Origin: Ignavibacteriota bacterium
GTDB lineage: Bacteria > Bacteroidota > Ignavibacteria > Palsa-1295
DNA length: 64,000 bases
Direction: 5' to 3'
NCBI GenBank assembly: GCA_963787835.1
Contig: CAWBEI010000002.1
Coordinates: forward strand, 1,088,001-1,152,000
The notes under the pieces were generated by a model. It did no database searches and was not told the DNA's origin. It saw only the letters and a program-made list of their open reading frames with translations. A program made the translations under genes and the position numbers. Each line of letters begins with the position of its first letter. Position 1 is the stretch's first letter. Shown piece by piece: positions 62,017 through 64,000 of the stretch.

Positions 62017-63257
62017 GAGCGATAGCTTGCGTTGATGTGTACGTATTCTTTCGAGAGATCGCAGGTCCAGAAATTTGCGCTCTCGGTTCCTTGATTCAGA
62101 TTAATCGTGATGGTCAGATTCTCGTTCGAAAATGCTTCCTTGGCTTTGACCTCATCCATCACAATGCCGTAATTCATTTCGAGCACGAGAAGCTCATTAA
62201 AAAATAGCTGAATTTTCGCGGGATCGAAATTAATGCCGGAATAGCCAACTGCTGCGAGAATTCTACCCCAATTCGCGTCCGCTCCATGAATTGCGGTCTT
62301 TACCAAGTTGCTATTTGCAACGGATCGCGCGGCTTGCAATGCTTCGGCTTCCGTACGAGCGCCATTGACGACGATCTCCACCAGCTTCGTGGCACCTTCG
62401 CCATCACGCGCGATAAGTTTTGCGAGACGAACCAGAACATGTTCAAGCGCCTGTTCGAAGATCTCGAAATCTTTCGTTCCTTCAATAAGCTCCGGCGCGC
62501 CGGAGAAACCATTTGCCATCAGCGTGGCCATATCGTTCGTACTCATATCGCCATCGACGGAAATCCTGTTGAACGAGCGATCGATAAGGCGCGCAAATGT
62601 GCGTTGTAGAAGCGGCTGCGCGATAGTTGCGTCTGTTGTGAGGAACGCAAGCATCGTCGCCATGTTCGGCGCGATCATGCCGGAACCTTTTGCAATACCG
62701 CCAATGCGAATAGGATTGCCCGAAGAAGTTGGGAATTCTACTGCAATTTCTTTCGCATACGTGTCTGTCGTCATGATGGCTTCCGCGGCGTCTATGCTTC
62801 CGTTTTCGGAGAGCAGTGCCGGAAGTTGTTCAATGCCTACGACGATATTATCCATTGGCATGTACTGTCCTATCACGCCAGTAGAAGAAACGAGCACTTC
62901 GTTTTCTGGAATGCTGAGGGCTTTCGCAGTGGTGCGAACCATGGTCCACGCATCCTCCATTCCGCGTTCACCCGTGACGGCATTCGCGTTCCCGCTGTTG
63001 ACAATGATCGCGCGGCACACATTGCCACTCTGCTCGAGCAATTGCTTGTCGATAACTAACGGCGCAGCCACGACGCTATTCAATGTAAACACTGCCGCAA
63101 CATTTGCGGGCACATCACTTTTGATGAGCGCGATGTCCTTCTTTACTTTGCGGATGCCGCAATACATTCCCGCGGCAGTAAATCCTTTCGGTGCGGTAAT
63201 GCCTCCAGGGATCTCACGGAAATCCTGCGAACTTGTGCCATTGTAATAGATGCTCAT
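62013..63257 (-). CDS. argJ: Glutamate N-acetyltransferase / ornithine acetyltransferase
   Basis: NSGNANA, STGVIG, IMTTDT, KGSGMIAPNMATML, RDGEGATK and NWGR motifs. Confidence 0.98.
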   Translation of the reverse strand: MSIYYNGTSSQDFREIPGGITAPKGFTAAGMYCGIRKVKKDIALIKSDVPANVAAVFTLNSVVAAPLVIDKQLLEQSGNVCRAIIVNSGNANAVTGERGMEDAWTMVRTTAKALSIPENEVLVSSTGVIGQYMPMDNIVVGIEQLPALLSENGSIDAAEAIMTTDTYAKEIAVEFPTSSGNPIRIGGIAKGSGMIAPNMATMLAFLTTDATIAQPLLQRTFARLIDRSFNRISVDGDMSTNDMATLMANGFSGAPELIEGTKDFEIFEQALEHVLVRLAKLIARDGEGATKLVEIVVNGARTEAEALQAARSVANSNLVKTAIHGADANWGRILAAVGYSGINFDPAKIQLFFNELLVLEMNYGIVMDEVKAKEAFSNENLTITINLNQGTESANFWTCDLSKEYVHINASYRS

Positions 63258-64000
63258 AGCAAGCCCTCCGTTTCTGGGAACCCGCAGACGAGGTTCATAT
63301 TTTGCACAGCTTGTCCAGCCGCGCCTTTCACGAGATTATCGAGCGTTGAAATAATGATCACTTGATTGCGTTCGGGGAGAACCGTTGAATAAATATCGAT
63401 GAAATTAGTATTCGTCACGCGGCGAACTTCCGGAATGCTCGCCGGCAGCCGGACGAATGGCTTATTCGCATAATGCTTTTGAAACGCGGATTTTACATCG
63501 GATTCTGAATATGCGCCGGAAAGCGTGGCGTATGTTGTAGAATAAATCCCGCGCGTGATGGGAATAAGATGCGGCGTGAAGGTGATCTTCACCTCTTCTT
63601 CCGAGATCTCGCCAAGCACGGTTTCGATCTCTGGAATATGCTGGTGATCGCCGATGCGATACGCCTTCACGTTCTCATTCACCTCGGAGAAGGAATATTC
63701 GATAGCCGCTTTGCGTCCTGCGCCGGAAACGCCGGACATGGAGTCTATAATAATGGAATCCGGCTCGATCAGTCCCTCGACGAGCACGGGCGCAAGCGCA
63801 AGGATGGCACTCGTGGCATAGCAGCCCGGATTTGCAACAAAACGCGATTTGCGAATGGCTGTGGAATTCCATTCGGGAAGTCCATAAACGGCTTCATCGA
63901 GAATGGCGCCAGAAGTTTGCTGCTTCTTGTAAAATTTCTCAAAGAGCGCTCGATCTTTCAGGCGATGATCGCCGCCAAGATCGATAACGATCTTGCCTTG
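63254..64000 (-). CDS. argC: N-acetyl-gamma-glutamyl-phosphate reductase, 5'-truncated by window edge
   Basis: Frame open to the window edge. VIDLGGDHRL, ANPGCY, SGVSGAGR, HQHIPEI and DNLVKGAAGQA motifs. Confidence 0.96.
   Translation of the reverse strand, partial: QGKIVIDLGGDHRLKDRALFEKFYKKQQTSGAILDEAVYGLPEWNSTAIRKSRFVANPGCYATSAILALAPVLVEGLIEPDSIIIDSMSGVSGAGRKAAIEYSFSEVNENVKAYRIGDHQHIPEIETVLGEISEEEVKITFTPHLIPITRGIYSTTYATLSGAYSESDVKSAFQKHYANKPFVRLPASIPEVRRVTNTNFIDIYSTVLPERNQVIIISTLDNLVKGAAGQAVQNMNLVCGFPETEGLL

Overview
A 64-kb chromosomal window, probably from a Bacteroidota-sensu-lato/Chlorobi-related bacterium such as Ca. Kapabacteria or an Ignavibacteria-like lineage. This is inferred from many T9SS-type C-terminal sorting domains and an argC-J-B-F-R-G-H gene order. 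Housekeeping content: 3' part of an RND permease, a heptose cluster (hddA-like kinase, histidine phosphatase, gmhA), dtd, comEC, kbl, lpdA, a flippase, a hicBA toxin-antitoxin pair, a TPP-riboswitch-led thiamine region (thiD-thiC-ABC exporter; thiO-S-G-E-E-thiF, with thiF frameshifted) and an arginine operon with an in-frame ArgB-ArgF fusion. The most unusual part is nine large secreted proteins. Four of them lie in tandem (29.5-39.4 kb) and have unrelated N-terminal heads joined to 0-4 copies of a ~100-aa stalk repeat, a shared cohesin-like domain ending LCVxDNEDNHWAVKTLG, and mosaic T9SS tails with 32-41-nt identical DNA blocks. This suggests a recombination-assembled modular surface-protein system. 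Other signals: GTAG-type REP doublets, dispersed hairpin and heptamer repeats, a palindromic element apparently recruited in-frame into a protein linker, a candidate metal-sensing leader ORF upstream of a CxxCxC outer-membrane protein, and a small island of hypothetical genes with a duplicated RBS/leader. No rRNA, tRNA, CRISPR array, integrase, transposase or reverse transcriptase was seen. All family calls come from motif recognition by eye; no database search was run.
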